A DNA stretch of 63,954 nt, counting the filler, from Lenisia limosa (lineage: Eukaryota; Protista; Breviatea), in assembly GCA_001655205.1 (NCBI GenBank). It is 6 parts of 6 records of this genome, joined end to end, with 100 filler letters (N's around TTAATTAATTAA, not from the genome) between each part and the next. Parts side by side here need not be neighbours in the genome. Positions count along the whole stretch, not along the records: positions 50,297 to 59,539 come from LPNZ01003191.1; positions 59,640 to 62,851 come from LPNZ01009107.1; positions 62,952 to 63,954 come from LPNZ01007909.1; 3 more parts are not named here. One strand, given 5' to 3'. A program made the position numbers and the translations under genes. Under the pieces are notes generated by a model. It saw only the letters and a program-made list of their open reading frames with translations. It did not search any database and had not been told where the DNA came from. Below, in pieces: positions 50,326-63,006 of the stretch (within the stretch, counting starts at the first letter, position 1; each line of letters opens with the position of its first letter).

Positions 50326-53300
50326 CTTTTGACAGCTGCGATATGAGCAATAGATTTGGCGATGACGGGCACGGCCCCGACACGCTTCGGGGCGTTGAGG
50401 GACTCCAGGAGAAGGGGATAGAGAACCTTTGCGAAATGAGAATAATATAGGGAGCATTTGGCCAAAGCCGTCCACACCATCACGACTATACAAGCAATAT
50501 TACTTCGAGACGATTAGTCCCGATCCAGTAAAGCTGATAGGAAGCGACCACGAACCTGATCCATCTCAGTGAGAGTAGTCGTGAGAAGGTTGAGAATCGA
50601 ATCGCCCATTCTACAGTGTAAACGGGCTTATAACGTGAAGTTGGAAATACCACAAGGTTCACACCCCCTGTTTCAAGAAAAATCCCCTTAATCAAGATAA
50701 ATCCCGCATACGACCTCACGGATTCCAGGGTCGGTTCAATCATCTTCTTAGCATGCTTGTCCTTCCAGCGCTTGATTTCAGCTGCAATGTAAGACCTTTC
50801 AGCTTAAACAAGGTTATTTTAGCGGTCTTTTTCTGACCGTAGGAAAGCCTCCCTCCCCCCTTACCTTGAGAAATGGAGCATAAATCGATAATGAACTCGA
50901 CTAGGAAGTGTCCTCCCTCGAGAACCAAATAGCCCTTTCCAGCCATGGTAATGACAAGCTGTGCAACGGCGGCCATCACCTGCCGTGTCAATCNNNNNNN
51001 NNNNNNNNNNNNNNNNNNNNNNNNNNNNNNNNNNNNNNNNNNNNNNNNNNNNNNNNNNNNNNNNNNNNNNNNNNNNNNNNNNNNNNNNNNNNNNNNNNNN
51101 NNNNNNNNNNNNNNNNNNNAGAGGGTATTACAATAATACCCCTCAATGCCCAAAGCCGTACCGGGGTGTTGGGGTCGGACAAGAGGGGCTTGACACCGCT
51201 GACAAACGTCGGCCGGTGCGGGATCAGAATCTCATCTGCGCACATATGAGAATGAGAACTTCACCACGTCCCAAAAAGACCAAATATCTCGATAAATCCT
51301 CGATAAATATCGATATTTTACCGATTTTTGGATCGTAGGGAAGCCCTAATCAGAACACCGGGTTGACCAAGGACACACACACACACATAGATTTATATAT
51401 ATATATATAAGAACACAAGGTGGACAGGATCCCACCAAGACGGGCTACGAGGTGCTTGAGAATTTCGGTCGTGGCCACTCGAGAGGCCATATCCTTGCTT
51501 TCAACCTGGGGACGTTAGTAGGCTGGACGACGGCTTTCAACAGAGACGCTCTCTACAAAGGCTTTTTAAGATCGTTGTGAAAGTCTTGATTTATATCGTA
51601 ACCAATGAAACGAATAACCCCCCCACCTTCGCCATGAGGAACGCCACCACATGCTCAGTGAAGAGTGAGCCTGTAAGGTGAAATCAATGATACCATGTGT
51701 TCTCTTAGCCCTCTGCTGAACTCCTCTCAATGACAATCAACACCGTTTATTAAGCAAGGAAAGCCCCCATGAAGCCAACCAAGAATCTCAAAGCAGCGGA
51801 GCAGTTCGTTGTGGTTCTTGATAGTGGTTGGCTTGTCGAACGACGGGGCAACGGATGTGAGTCTACCAAGTTATTAGGGGGATTATATTGAGCCGTGTAA
51901 GTAGGGCTTCACTTCGGTTCGAAAAAAGACGGAATTGCTCAATAAATCCTCGAAAACTATCGACATTTTACCGGTATTTTTCGAACCGAAGTGAAGCCCT
52001 ACGTGTGAGTCACAATGGACGGGAAGACCCATATCACTACCAAACTGTTATGAATCACTATTTACCACCAAAGCCTACGCGTGGAGCTGGGCCATGAGCT
52101 GAGGCAGAAGAGGCTCAATGGACATGACGCGGTCCCTGACGGCCCTCTAAACAGATTAGGTCCGCTCTTGATCAGACCGACTGATACTCTATTTTTATGG
52201 CAGCTTTTAAAGGATATCAATGAATGATAAGGATAATACCGATGATGATAATTGTGATGATGATGATGATGATGATAATGACGATGATGATGGTGATGGT
52301 GATGATGATTATGATGATGATGATGATGATAATAATAATAATAATGATAATGATGACGCTGATGAGGACGAGGATGAGGATGATGATGATGATGAGGATG
52401 CAGAAAAGGAAAATAATCAACACAACGACCAACGAAAGATGCCACTCTACAAACCTCTAAGATGAAGCTAAGGCCTTGAGTCAGCGGGTACTGTGTCTTC
52501 TCTCTCTTGTACATCTAAAAAAGTTGGACACGAAGGCAACACACAGCAGATACCCTTCAAACTGCCCTGTGCTCACCTGCATGATCTGGGGAAGAATTCT
52601 ACCAACATATTGCTCAAAAGACTCCTGTGGGATAACGGCTGACATGAATCCAATAGCCTAAAGGGTCAATGCTGTGAAATGTTTTGCCTCAAATTGGACT
52701 ATTGTTTCACTAGTTTTAAAAGAAAATTATCAGAAATGCTACAGTAATTTGACAAATGTAAATAACGTGTTGTAGTTGATTGCAGCCGATAGTGTTCCAC
52801 CAACCTGGATAGAGGCAAGGCGGATCTGAGACTCCTTGCTGATGAGCCAGTTGGTGGTCACAAACTCAATGGCTGTCTCGAATTGTGGTGCTGAGTTGCT
52901 CTGCTGAGGTCATTTACTGTTAGCACCCATTTAACAAGAAGGCATGTTATTGGAGAAAACAATTGGTATTCACTTGAACATCATAATTAAGCAGCACGAG
53001 GCACGAAGCCAAGAACCTACCTCGATTTCCTCCTCAAGCTGGTCTCTGTTTTCCTCCGACCAACGGATAGCATCTGCAAAATGGCCCAAACCTAAAACGT
53101 CATAATATATGTATGAATATCATAGAAAGTAAAACAGTCATAATATATCGAAGACCTAAAACCTTCGCATGAGCCATTATCAATCTTGGTGGTAACATAG
53201 AAAGATAGCAAAACACTGAATTTGCCCATATGCAGGAAACCCACTTACTGGCAGCAAAACTCCAGCGGAGATTGTCTTGTTTGATGGAGGCCAAAATCGG

Positions 53301-54620
53301 CAACACTCTCTGGAGAATGTCGCCAATACGCGGGATAATGTTACGCGCTACCAAGTTAGAACCAAAACATCCAAGAGTGGAATGAAGCGTATGGCGTGAC
53401 ATTATAAATATCAACAATACTGGGGGAAGTATGGTAATTTTTGTACATGTATATATAAAGGTATCCCTATGTACCCCTGGATTTGTAATGTATATTATTT
53501 CAAAACAAGAAAGGCCAGTTGTTCCACCAACCGCTAGCACTGGCAAAGTCTCCAAGAGATTTAACGATGAAGTAATGAGGAACCTGCTCAATTAACAGAA
53601 AAGGCATTTTATAAGCAAGCTACATATGAAGTGAGGGCTCGACAATGACAACATTAAACCAACAACAACAAAACATGTTCTACAATAAAGCCCACTTGTC
53701 CGGGGTCGAAGTGAAAGAGAATAGCGTCAAGGAAGGCGGCGCTCTGACGGCGTCCGATGGCGACTGCCAGGGCACAAGCAGTGTTCATCAACTCGGCCTT
53801 GATGTCCTAGGGGCATTGGAAAATTTATGAAACAAAAAAGCCCAAAATAAACTCTGTTGGCAGACAACACACGATCATATCAATGCCCCTCTTATCCGGT
53901 TGGCATTGATTGAAAGAAGGAAATGCTTCTGTATCCCGCATCGCAACCGACCTTCGATGACGTCATCTCGGCAACTGCGGTGCTGATCATAATCTCACAC
54001 AGCGCGTCGTCAAGCTCGTCAAGACAATCCTCGACAACCTAGGGAGCATAACAACCGAGGAAACAAGTGTTCACAAAGACTCCAAGAATAATATATCGGA
54101 TAATCATCAAGAGAGAAAGAAACAAGGAAGATCGCTTCGCAAACAACAGCACTTCTGGTTTCCCCTTGGAAGTACAAACCAAAAGCTCAACCACCAACTT
54201 GGACAATGATTTTGTAGACGATAATACGATGTTCACCAGTAGCCTAAACAATAAGCAAGTCCTTGGCGTTGCAGTACAAACTTTCTTCTTGGTGAGCATG
54301 TCATGGCAAACGGAGGCAACAAGATTAGGTTGTCTCAAAGCTGTTTCACGGATGCTTTTGGTGATCTGGGCCCTGACTTCGGCATTTTTATCAGCTTCAA
54401 TAGTAAAATGCAAGTATATAAGCAGGGGGATGAAGAAGGTGGTCAGCAAACCTGCACAACGGACTAAGCAAGCCACGAATTCGTCAACCTTTCCTCCGGT
54501 ATGTCTGACTTCGTTTCCACGCTCTCTAGCATCCTCACGGGTGACCTTTTTGCCTAACAGAAGCGTCAAGTAAGAGAACCAGGATAAGGAGGAATCACCC
54601 AACAAACCAAAGAAAGACAT
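50326..54620 (-). CDS. MROH1: Maestro heat-like repeat protein MROH1/HEATR7A (3' end cut by scaffold end)
   Basis: EADKNAEVRAQITKSIRETALRQPNLVASVC, VPHYFIVKSLGDFA, ILQRVLPILASIKQDNLRW, NWLISKESQIRLASIQ-AIGFMS, KNHNELLRCFEIL, QLVITMAGKGYLVLEGGHFLVEFIIDLC. These follow the MROH1 N-terminal HEAT series in order. Confidence 0.85.
50434..50490 (-). mobile_element. Family B 3' part
   Basis: Reverse complement TATAGTCGTGATGGTGTGGACGGCTTTGGCCAAATG..TATTATTCTCATTTC. MROH1 intron, sense. Confidence 0.75.
51260..51348. mobile_element. Family A MITE, subtype A2, left tip missing
   Basis: TTCACCACGTCCCAAAAGAC...GATAAATCCTCGATAAATATCGATATTTTACC...CGTAGGGAAGCCCTA. Confidence 0.7.
51902..52001. mobile_element. 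Family A MITE, near-intact 100-bp copy
   Basis: Perfect 25-bp TIR TAGGGCTTCACTTCGGTTCGAAAAA. Flanks CGTGTAAG/CGTGTGAG (7/8). MROH1 intron. Confidence 0.92.
52222..52400. repeat. Long degenerate (GAT)n/(AAT)n microsatellite
   Basis: Direct reading. Lies in an MROH1 intron between exons ..LSFILE and RAVRDR.. Confidence 0.92.
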
Positions 54621-54983
54621 TATTCAAGAAATAAGACTTTTGTATCAAATAGCACAAATAATTGGGTCTAAGAGACCCTTTTGCCAGCTCCTTCAAAAGC
54701 AAAGAGACAATCGAGAAACTATTATACAGACTCTATTAAAAAAGGCTATGTATATATCACTAACAAGGCTAAATAAGGTCAAATTGGACAATTTTGAGAA
54801 AATTTTCCAGCTTTATCCCGTGGATGGAATTGGATATTTTCTAAAGATAGAAATCCAATAGCTAATCTTAGGCTCTTTCTTTCGCAGTTGCATGCTGAAA
54901 ATAATTGAAAAACAATATTAAATATAATAGCCTTAGAATTAGAACATAGTTCGTCTTAACTTTCTTGATCACGTCCCCTGATC

Positions 54984-57088
54984 ATGACATCTGTTGCTGA
55001 TGAAGTTCTCGAGTCTTGGAACTCTATCAAAGAAGTAAGAGAGTTTTGGGATTATACTGAAAATCTAATAATTTTGATGGGCACTCCGAATTCATAATTC
55101 CTTTGATGGATGCAAAGCATTAGCATGTCAATTGGACATCCCAATTATCATGGATAATAATACTTATAAAAACAACCTTTTATTTCTCATTTCTATAATA
55201 CATTTCAATCACACATCACACAAGATGCTTTGTTGTCCTTGATAGAGATAGATTTCAATCTTATAACCTGTTTTTAGTCACGTTCTGTATATATTTCTTT
55301 AACACCAGTATCTCACCAACACAGACTGTGATAATAGAAGTATGCAAGGCCACAAATGATATGGACAAGACCCAAATGAGAATACAACGAACAGAGAAAC
55401 AGGTTGAAATCGCAGTTGAAGGTTGGCTTTCTTCAAGGCTTACCAAAAAGAAAACAAGAAGCTTGCCGCTGAACTCAATCAAATGGTGGCAGTAACCAAG
55501 AAGTAGGTGTTAAATAGAGCATTATGCCATGTACATATGTATGTACGATGTACAATAAAGCAATATGACTATATTAAATGATGCATTCTGTGAAATATTA
55601 TGTACTCTTTCCTTGTAACATTATTATTGTTCCGAAATGTCACCATCAGATGTCTTCGCCACGACCTCGAAAACCAAACTCTGAAGTCAGAGTTGAAAGA
55701 GGCCCATGAAAAAATCGAAGCACTTGAGAATGTGAGAGGGTGCGAGCTTCTATTACAATTACATTACAAAATAGGCTTTGTCAGTTGGATTGTTCAACGT
55801 AATTCCATTGTTCTAGTGATTTAACCAATCAGGACGTCAAACACTTGAATGAAAACTTACAACACGAAAAGGAAAACACTGAAGAGCAAAATACAAAGTC
55901 ACATATACTTGTAAGTTCAGCATTTCGTTACATTTCAGCAATCCGAAATTGGTACTTTGAAAAAGACAATCGAGCAAAAAGACAGTGAAATTGCCAAAAT
56001 CATCAAATCAAGTTAGGGAAACGGAGTTATTGACTTTGTAGATTCGGAAGAGGCTTCTATTTTTGAGAATCGGATTGCAAAGTTTGAAGAGACAATTAAA
56101 GAGAACATTCAAAAGGTATAGCTTTTGCCTTGTGACATTTCAGAGCAAAACAAAGGAAATGCAACATGAAGCCCAACTCAATAGGATTCGAATCAAAGTG
56201 GGTGGTGTGAAGATTCTTAAAATGGCCTAATTTTTGAGCAAGAATAATATTTAACAGAAAATACAGTCTAGGGGAACATGATGGGGAGGAATGGGCGTAT
56301 AATTCTTTCATACATTACCATATGTAGGGCTTTATATTGATAGAGAGAGTTTCCTTATGCTGTAGTATGAGGAGCACTTGATGCAGGTCAGTAGCCAGCA
56401 GCCTACGTCTAGTAACAACCAGGCCGTGGAGGCTGTGCGAAAGGTTGGCGAAGAACTGAAGAGAGTTTCAAAAACTACCACCTTCTGACATTTTGCAGAA
56501 GATGTTTCAAATGAAGCAGCGCCATGACCTGGAAGTCGAAAACCTCAGAAACCAAGTTTGTGACAAAAGATGACTAACCTCCCAGCTTCAAGAGCAAACC
56601 CAAGCCCAGCAGACTCTGATCCATGAAACAAGCATGCGACAGCAGGCTAAGGAAAACAGCCAGGATTTCGATAATGGCAGCCAGGACAGGTTGGCTATTT
56701 GACAGCCATACGTTTCTTCGACTTACCAAAAAATTACATGAGATTTCTATGTAAAATTTGGGAATTCCAACGTTTCTCACAAGAATCCCAAGTCGATGCG
56801 CCGTAGTGTTTTCGCTGCTGTGTCATTTGATTCACGCCATAGAAGTCTGGAGGTAGAAGCAACAGTCACTCAGTCTCCAAAATCTCCCAATCCATCACCA
56901 TTATGTAAGCTGCTCAACACCGCTCAGATACAAGTAACCTTTTGTCAAAACCAAGCATCTATAAATTACATCTGCTCCTTACACCGCCCCCGCCCCCAGG
57001 TCAGCCATCACCCAAACGGCCACGAACCGAGCCTCGACCAGCCAAGCCTGCACCCAGGACTGAAGTCCCTAGTTTGAACTGGTTCTGA
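54984..57088 (+). CDS. Coiled-coil protein of unknown function with basic C-terminal KRPR (NLS-like) motif
   Basis: MTSVADEVLESWNSIKE, heptad exons (KENKKLAAELNQMVA; LRHDLENQTLKSELKEAHEKIEALEN), ends SPKRPRTEPRPAKPAPRTEVPSLNWF-TGA. Confidence 0.6.
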
Positions 57089-57233
57089 TGGTACATAAAT
57101 AAACATGAAACAATGGATACAAACTGCTAGAAATTGATAGACCTTAGAACACTACACTTCTCTCTTATCTTTGCGACCTAAATGGTCAGATCACCGAAAA
57201 AGACAGAGCAAGCATCACTGCCTTGATTCATAC

Positions 57234-59505
57234 CTTCGAAGGCCTTGAGCCCGTCTTTCGGCAGTTTTGAGGTCCTGCTCAAACGCTCGGGCTAAGGCGG
57301 CTGCAAGGTTAGATGTGAACAAAAACAAAAAGCTCAAAATTGGGAGGTCACAATTTCCGATAGAATAGTTCAGTCAATTGCTTGAAACAAAAAACGATTT
57401 AGCTGCAAAAGTGTGGAGAAATGAAACAACAAATATGAAATAAACAACCTCGGTGTCAAAGTCTCGATTCTTCCTTATTACGTACTAAGGGGGGAGAAAA
57501 TGACACCCACACACAAAGAACAATCATATCCAAAAAAAAATGGTTTGCATGAAATGGTCAACTGACTTCTATGATAATTCTACCAGATTTTATCAGGATT
57601 CTATGAAGAATTAGACTATTTTCAAGTTCAGTTCACATGTATTTAAGTGAAAACCCCTTTTTACAGAAAACCTCTAAAAAAAAAAAAATCAATAACATGT
57701 CACATAGAAGGAAGTTAGAATATTTGTGTGCAATAACAAGAAGAATAAAATCCTCCTCTTACCAAGCTGTGCGGCTGAATTTCTCTTGTGTTTTGGAGTG
57801 GATGCAGCTTCAGCTGAAAAGTTAACCATAACCAGATTGCAATAGCTTGGTGCATATTTGGTCCGAAGGGATGCCCAACCTTCTTGGTCTTGAAATCGAA
57901 CGGAACGTTTATTTGACTCATTTTCGAGGGGCTGGAAGATGAGAGGAGCCCTTAGTTTCTTTTCTGACAATACACTTCAACAACAGTCCCACCGTCTCCA
58001 AACATCCCCCAATCTATCACCATCATGTAGGCTGCTCTAAACTTTTATCAGACCAGGACTTAATTATCTCGCAATTCAAGCCAGGCGTACTTTGTTGTCA
58101 GTGGTGGAGGGGAATCGTTGTGTTGTGGCGAGAGCCGAGTTGGCAAATGAGGTACCCGGGTCGAATGAAGGGGGAGAGTCCTGAAGGAGGGGGGAGGTGA
58201 GAAATTTATGTATGACATATGTGAATACGAGTATACATAGTATAATGTATATTAAAAAAAACCCAAATAGAACAGAAACTGCAATTTTATCCCATTTCCC
58301 TGATTTTTAATGCATATTATTTATCTTGTTCCAAAAAATAAAAAACGAGAAATAAATCCATCAATTTTAAAAGTTTTTTTAAAAAACAAGTAGGGCTTCA
58401 CTCCGATAAGACAAACATCGTAATAAAATTAATCAAGCCCAAAGTACAAGCCACGAAGGCCTACTTGGTCGGACTCGGGACCCGGGGTGGGGAACGTCTC
58501 GAGGTTATCGTGGGCAATGAGAGGTGGGAGACTGTCAGTTACTGTTTCCAGCGCTTCGGACAGGGATTTTAATGAGGACTGAGTGGTGAGCCAAATCAAG
58601 AGGTTTTGCGATGAAAAGACACCTAAGCTTTGCGGGTAACCCAGACTTACTTGGAGGGGTATAGACACGTCAGGTGATGAGGTCTAGATACTGTTAACCA
58701 GAGTGTTCAAGTATTTTACTTCTATCCAACATATCAACCACTCAAAGTCTCACTCAAAATAAAGGTATCCAAAAAGTCCAAAATAATTTGCACATGAGGA
58801 AAGAGCAAATTATTATGCACATGTATGAACCCTACAGTTGAGGATAAAGCAAGCCATACCATAATTTTGTCTGCAGCGGTAGAGGCAACGTGGTGCGTGT
58901 CCGTTGAGGCTCGGATGAGACAGGATAAATGCTGAAGAATGTCAACGGATATTAGATACTTGAGTCAGGACTTGTGTAATTATTTGAGAAATTAATTCGA
59001 AAATTTGAAGTGTGGCATTTGTAATCAGCTCCATTCCATACACTTGACTTTCCAATGTCATAAAACTGGGTAGAATATGATGTTGCGCGGTAAACAATCC
59101 CAATAGCACGATGCACAGCCCGCACTTACAGTCTTTGCGGTTGTTGCTTCAAATTCTGCTTGCATCTTGCCCGTTTGTGAGTGCTCAAGAGCTTCACGCA
59201 GAATGGAGGCCTCTTCGTACTCCATCTAAACCATTAGCATGAACCACACTATGTGCAATTCGAGAGAAAAGGGTCGACTGACAAAACCCGTCCACGTTAT
59301 CCTTCTTGATAGCCTTATTCTCTTGTTCTATTGCCATTTTGTTAGAGATATCTTCTCCTCATCAATATCAATATCAATAGGCCCATTTGTAAAGCTGCTT
59401 GAATCCTTGAAATTACATCATCTCAGCCTACCCAGTCCTCGGCTACAGGGCCTTGTTCACCATGTAACGCAAGCCGTGCGCCTAGGAGGTCAGAAGCAAT
59501 AACCT
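57234..59505 (-). CDS. Partial multi-exon gene of unknown function (5' end cut by scaffold end)
   Basis: Open GT-AG exons: MEYEEASILREALEHSQTGKMQAEFEATTAKT; SVDILQHLSCLIRASTDTHHVAST; DSPPSFDPGTSFANSALA; AALARAFEQDLKTAERRAQGLR. Confidence 0.5.
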
Positions 59506-59539
59506 GATGTCGAGACAAAGTAAACATATGCGTGTCCCG

Positions 59540-59639
59540 NNNNNNNNNNNNNNNNNNNNNNNNNNNNNNNNNNNNNNNNNNNNTTAATTAATTAANNNNN
59601 NNNNNNNNNNNNNNNNNNNNNNNNNNNNNNNNNNNNNNN
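59540..59639. other. Synthetic scaffold linker
   Basis: N44-TTAATTAATTAA-N44. Confidence 0.97.
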
Positions 59640-62110
59640 GAATTGGACCTTCCGAGCTTCCGTCAATGCTGTCCTTTAACCATGGCATCTGGTGGGGGTG
59701 CTCTTAGTTCAATGTCTCTATACGTGATGATCATAAATTCATCATCATCATAATCAAATCAACACGTATCATAATCAGCAACAATATCATCACCATCACC
59801 ATATCATTACCCCTAGTGTTATCGGCTGGAAGACCCTCCCTACCGGCGAGTCCGCCTNNNNNNNNNNNNNNNNNNNNNNNNNNNNNNNNNNNNNNNNNNN
59901 NNNNNNNNNNNNNNNNNNNNNNNNNNNNNNNNNNNNNNNNNNNNNNNNNNNNNNNNNNNNNNNNNNNNNNNNNNNNNNNNNNNNNNNNNNNNNNNNNNNN
60001 NNNNNNNNNNNNNNNNNNNNNNNNNNNNNNNNNNNNNNNNNNNNNNNAAAGACCGACAATATCAAGATTTCTCTTGCAGAAAAGAAAATATCGGCAGTTT
60101 TCGAGGATTTATCGAGATAGTCTTTTTTCGAACCGAAGTGAAGCCCTAACAATATTTTAACATTTTGTTCAAATCTAATTTGCCGTGTTATTGCTTGTTT
60201 TTTTTTTGTTTGTTTTGTTTTGTTTATTTGGAGTTTCGGATAGTTCGGTTCGTGGTTTGTACCTTTTCACCAATATTTATCGAAATTTGGATTTTGTTTT
60301 TTTTTTGTTTCAATAACAATTTTAAGTGATTAATACCTTTACGTCAATTTTTTTATCGAGTTTCCTTCGATTCACCCCCCCCCCNNNNNNNNNNNNNNNN
60401 NNNNNNNNNNNNNNNNNNNNNNNNNNNNNNNNNNNNNNNNNNNNNNNNNNNNNNNNNNNNNNNNNNNNNNNNNNNNNNNNNNNNNNNNNNNNNNNNNNNN
60501 NNNTGATTGCGCCTGGGCCACCGTCTAGATCGCTGATCTTAAATGATCACGCAGATCTAGGGATTCTTAGGGCTTCTTTGATTCACACATTACATTTATC
60601 TGGTTTCTAGATTGGGGACAGTTATCTTTTTTTTTGGGTGTGGGGGAGATTTCCAGAAGGGATACGTATGACACCACATTTCCATACGTCTGAATGATTG
60701 AGATAAATGGTAAATGATTGGCTGAATGTGAATTGTAATCCGGGTAAATAAACTTGATTATATATAACTTGATTGACTCAGAGAAAATAGATCGCAGGAG
60801 TCATCCAGGTTGGAGATAGAGCGGAAAAAAAATTCCTGCAACGAAAAAATAACCCGGAAAAAATCCCACAGCTGGAAAAAAACCCGACTTTTGATTGCCC
60901 CCCCCCTCCTTTTCTTTCTCCTTTTTCCATCATCCAACCATCCAACCTCCTCTTGTTGATCATCGCATCATCATTAACATATTCCTCCTTTCTATTAGAG
61001 TACAGTGAAANNNNNNNNNNNNNNNNNNNNNNNNNNNNNNNNNNNNNNNNNNNNNNNNNNNNNNNNNNNNNNNNNNNNNACAGTCATCATCCCATCATCC
61101 GACTTGAACCACTTTGAAGTATCCTTGATGGGAGGAAGTGTTATTGTCCCTTAACAGGTGTTTGGTGGCGGAAATAAGATCTTAAACTCTTCGTGCTAAC
61201 ATGGAGCAAGTGATTGGTGCATTTAATACTGTAAATCCAATATCTATTATGATGAAGACGGCTTCGGCTAACTCTACTTATTTATCTTCCTCATCCAACA
61301 TATCATGGAGTAAGATTTCCATAAACTTTTTTACGTTGAATCCTCCCCCTAAGGTCTCCCTCCCTGTTGTCGGGTTTTTTCTTTGTCACTCTCCGAGACA
61401 GTATCTGACCGAAGCTGTCCACACCAACATTCTTATTAGATTATAGTATCATACTAATTCACCTAATCATTTGACTTAATATTCTGTAGACATAGCTTTC
61501 TGCGTGGCTCCCCACATGATATATCCTAACACATACTTGTTCTTTCATCAGAGTACGAACTTCTTTTCTATTTTTTTATCAGAGTACAAACTTATTTTTT
61601 AATAGCAGTCGTGTTTATCTGTTTATCCCCCTCAGCTTAATATTTATAAAGTAATCTTTCACCTGTGCTACTTTGTTTTGTTTTTTGTGCCCTTGTTTTG
61701 ATATTAATGTTTGATATGTGCGTGTTTGTTTTGTCATATTTTGTGCATATACCCTTACCCTCTGCCGTGTATAATTTTTGACTTGGGCTTCACTTCGGTT
61801 CGAAAAAGACAGGTAAATTATCAATAGTTTTCGAGGATTTATGGAGAAATTGAGTCTTTTTGAACCGAAGTGAAGCTGTCCCCATAATCTACCCGTCTAT
61901 CGAGACTGCTTTGTAACTAGGGCTTCACTTCGGTTCGAAAACAGACGTCTAATATCTATAGGTTTCGAGGATTTATCGAAAAATTCCGTCTTTATTTGAA
62001 CTGAAGTGAATCCCTATTTTTGACCCCTTCTTAGATCGCAATGAGTCTTTTTCAAGGGTGGCGGAGGCTCAAAGATATCATAAAATGGCGGATTGCTACA
62101 TCCTCGGTTG
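59640..62110 (+). CDS. Scattered exon fragments of an unidentified gene in a repeat-rich scaffold
   Basis: Short AG/GT-bounded pieces on the + strand (VIGWKTLPTGESA; VIIPSSDLNHFE; VFGGGNKILNS; VAEAQRYHKMADCYIL). Not assembled into a model. Confidence 0.3.
59730..59805. repeat. Degenerate (CAT)n microsatellite
   Basis: Direct reading. Confidence 0.75.
60050..60148. mobile_element. Family A MITE, left end in N gap
   Basis: ...TTTTCGAGGATTTATCGAG..TCTTTTTTCGAACCGAAGTGAAGCCCTA. Confidence 0.8.
61254..61294 (+). mobile_element. Family B 3' fragment
   Basis: GAAGACGGCTTCGGCTAACTCTACTTATTTATCTTCCTCAT. Confidence 0.55.
61401..61513 (-). mobile_element. Family B element, full body but lacking the T-rich tail
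   Basis: Reverse complement GGGGAGCCACGCAGAAAGCTATGTCTACAGAATATTAAGTCAAATGA..ATAAGAATGTTGGTGTGGACAGCTTCGGTCAGATAC. Confidence 0.8.
61783..62016. mobile_element. Composite of two tandem family A MITEs with a ~40-bp spacer
   Basis: Copies at 61783-61876 and 61918-62016. The outer ends share a perfect 8-bp duplication TTTTTGAC (61775-61782 and 62017-62024). Confidence 0.8.
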
Positions 62111-62562
62111 GGGGGAGGGGTATGTGTAATTGTACGTGATAGGTTGATTAGTACCTTTATGCCAATATTCTTCATCGAAATTTCANNNNNNNNNNNNNNN
62201 NNNNNNNNNNNNNNNNNNNNNNNNNNNNNNNNNNNNNNNNNNNNNNNNNNNNNNNNNNNNNNNNNNNNNNNNNNNNNNNNNNNNNNNNNNNNNNNNNNNN
62301 CTTATTTCTGGGGTACTCTATGCTTTCTTCTGTAAGTACGGCAACAGTACTCTGCTGAATATATGTACATGTACAGATAAGTCATGACCGATTTGTAATG
62401 TGATTTCTAAGAAAATCTGTCAAGACTTATCACGGTCACTGTATGTACATGCATAATCTAAGGATTATGATGAAGGCTAATTTTACTGGACAAAATTTGG
62501 CACACCCTGGCATTCCAACTGGGCAACATGATTTTGTGATTGATAGAATTAGAGTTCCGTTC

Positions 62563-62635
62563 AATTATTTTTCAAAAACAAAATTGGAAATTAAAGTGTC
62601 TGAAATGTAGTTTCCATGACAAAAGGTCACACTTC
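62563..62635. repeat. Family D dispersed repeat, copy 2
   Basis: AAAATTGGAAATTAAAGTGTCTG..AGTTTCCATGACAAAAGGTCACACTTC. Confidence 0.55.
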
Positions 62636-62851
62636 TAATGATGTCTAATGCATATTATATATATATAGTATATTATTTATAGGGATTATGATTACCAATG
62701 GGCTGTAGATCTAGGGCTTGTTAACAGCCCACCCCGTGAAATATCGCATATTTACCCGGTGGCTTTCAACCCTCGTGTCAGCCAACAGAGTTGTTTTTTT
62801 TGTTTCATATATTATCCAATTGTATGTGGGATGCGGCGCTGCAGAAGCGAC

Positions 62852-62951
62852 NNNNNNNNNNNNNNNNNNNNNNNNNNNNNNNNNNNNNNNNNNNNTTAAT
62901 TAATTAANNNNNNNNNNNNNNNNNNNNNNNNNNNNNNNNNNNNNNNNNNNN
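62852..62951. other. Synthetic scaffold linker
   Basis: N44-TTAATTAATTAA-N44. Confidence 0.97.
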
Positions 62952-63006
62952 TTTGTAACAATTAAAAAGGGATGAAAGAAGAAGGAGATAGAAAACAGAA
63001 GCTCAC

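Noticed and set aside
35128-52001. Family A as a Tc1/mariner (Stowaway-like) MITE with TA TSD
   Set aside because: The TA belongs to the TIR. Perfect or near-perfect 8-bp duplications lie outside it in most intact copies.
52062-52514. His-rich, Asp-rich, Met-rich and Ile-rich ORFs (52062-52514, 52217-52465, 52224-52460)
   Set aside because: These are translations of a (GAT)n microsatellite in an MROH1 intron; the flanking exons splice across it in frame.
54067-54573. Long plus-strand ORF, and similar antisense ORFs at 3660-4070, 32123-32425, 21779-21991 and 28657-28950
   Set aside because: Shadows of real exons or coding-like sequence on the opposite strand, with no splice or motif support.
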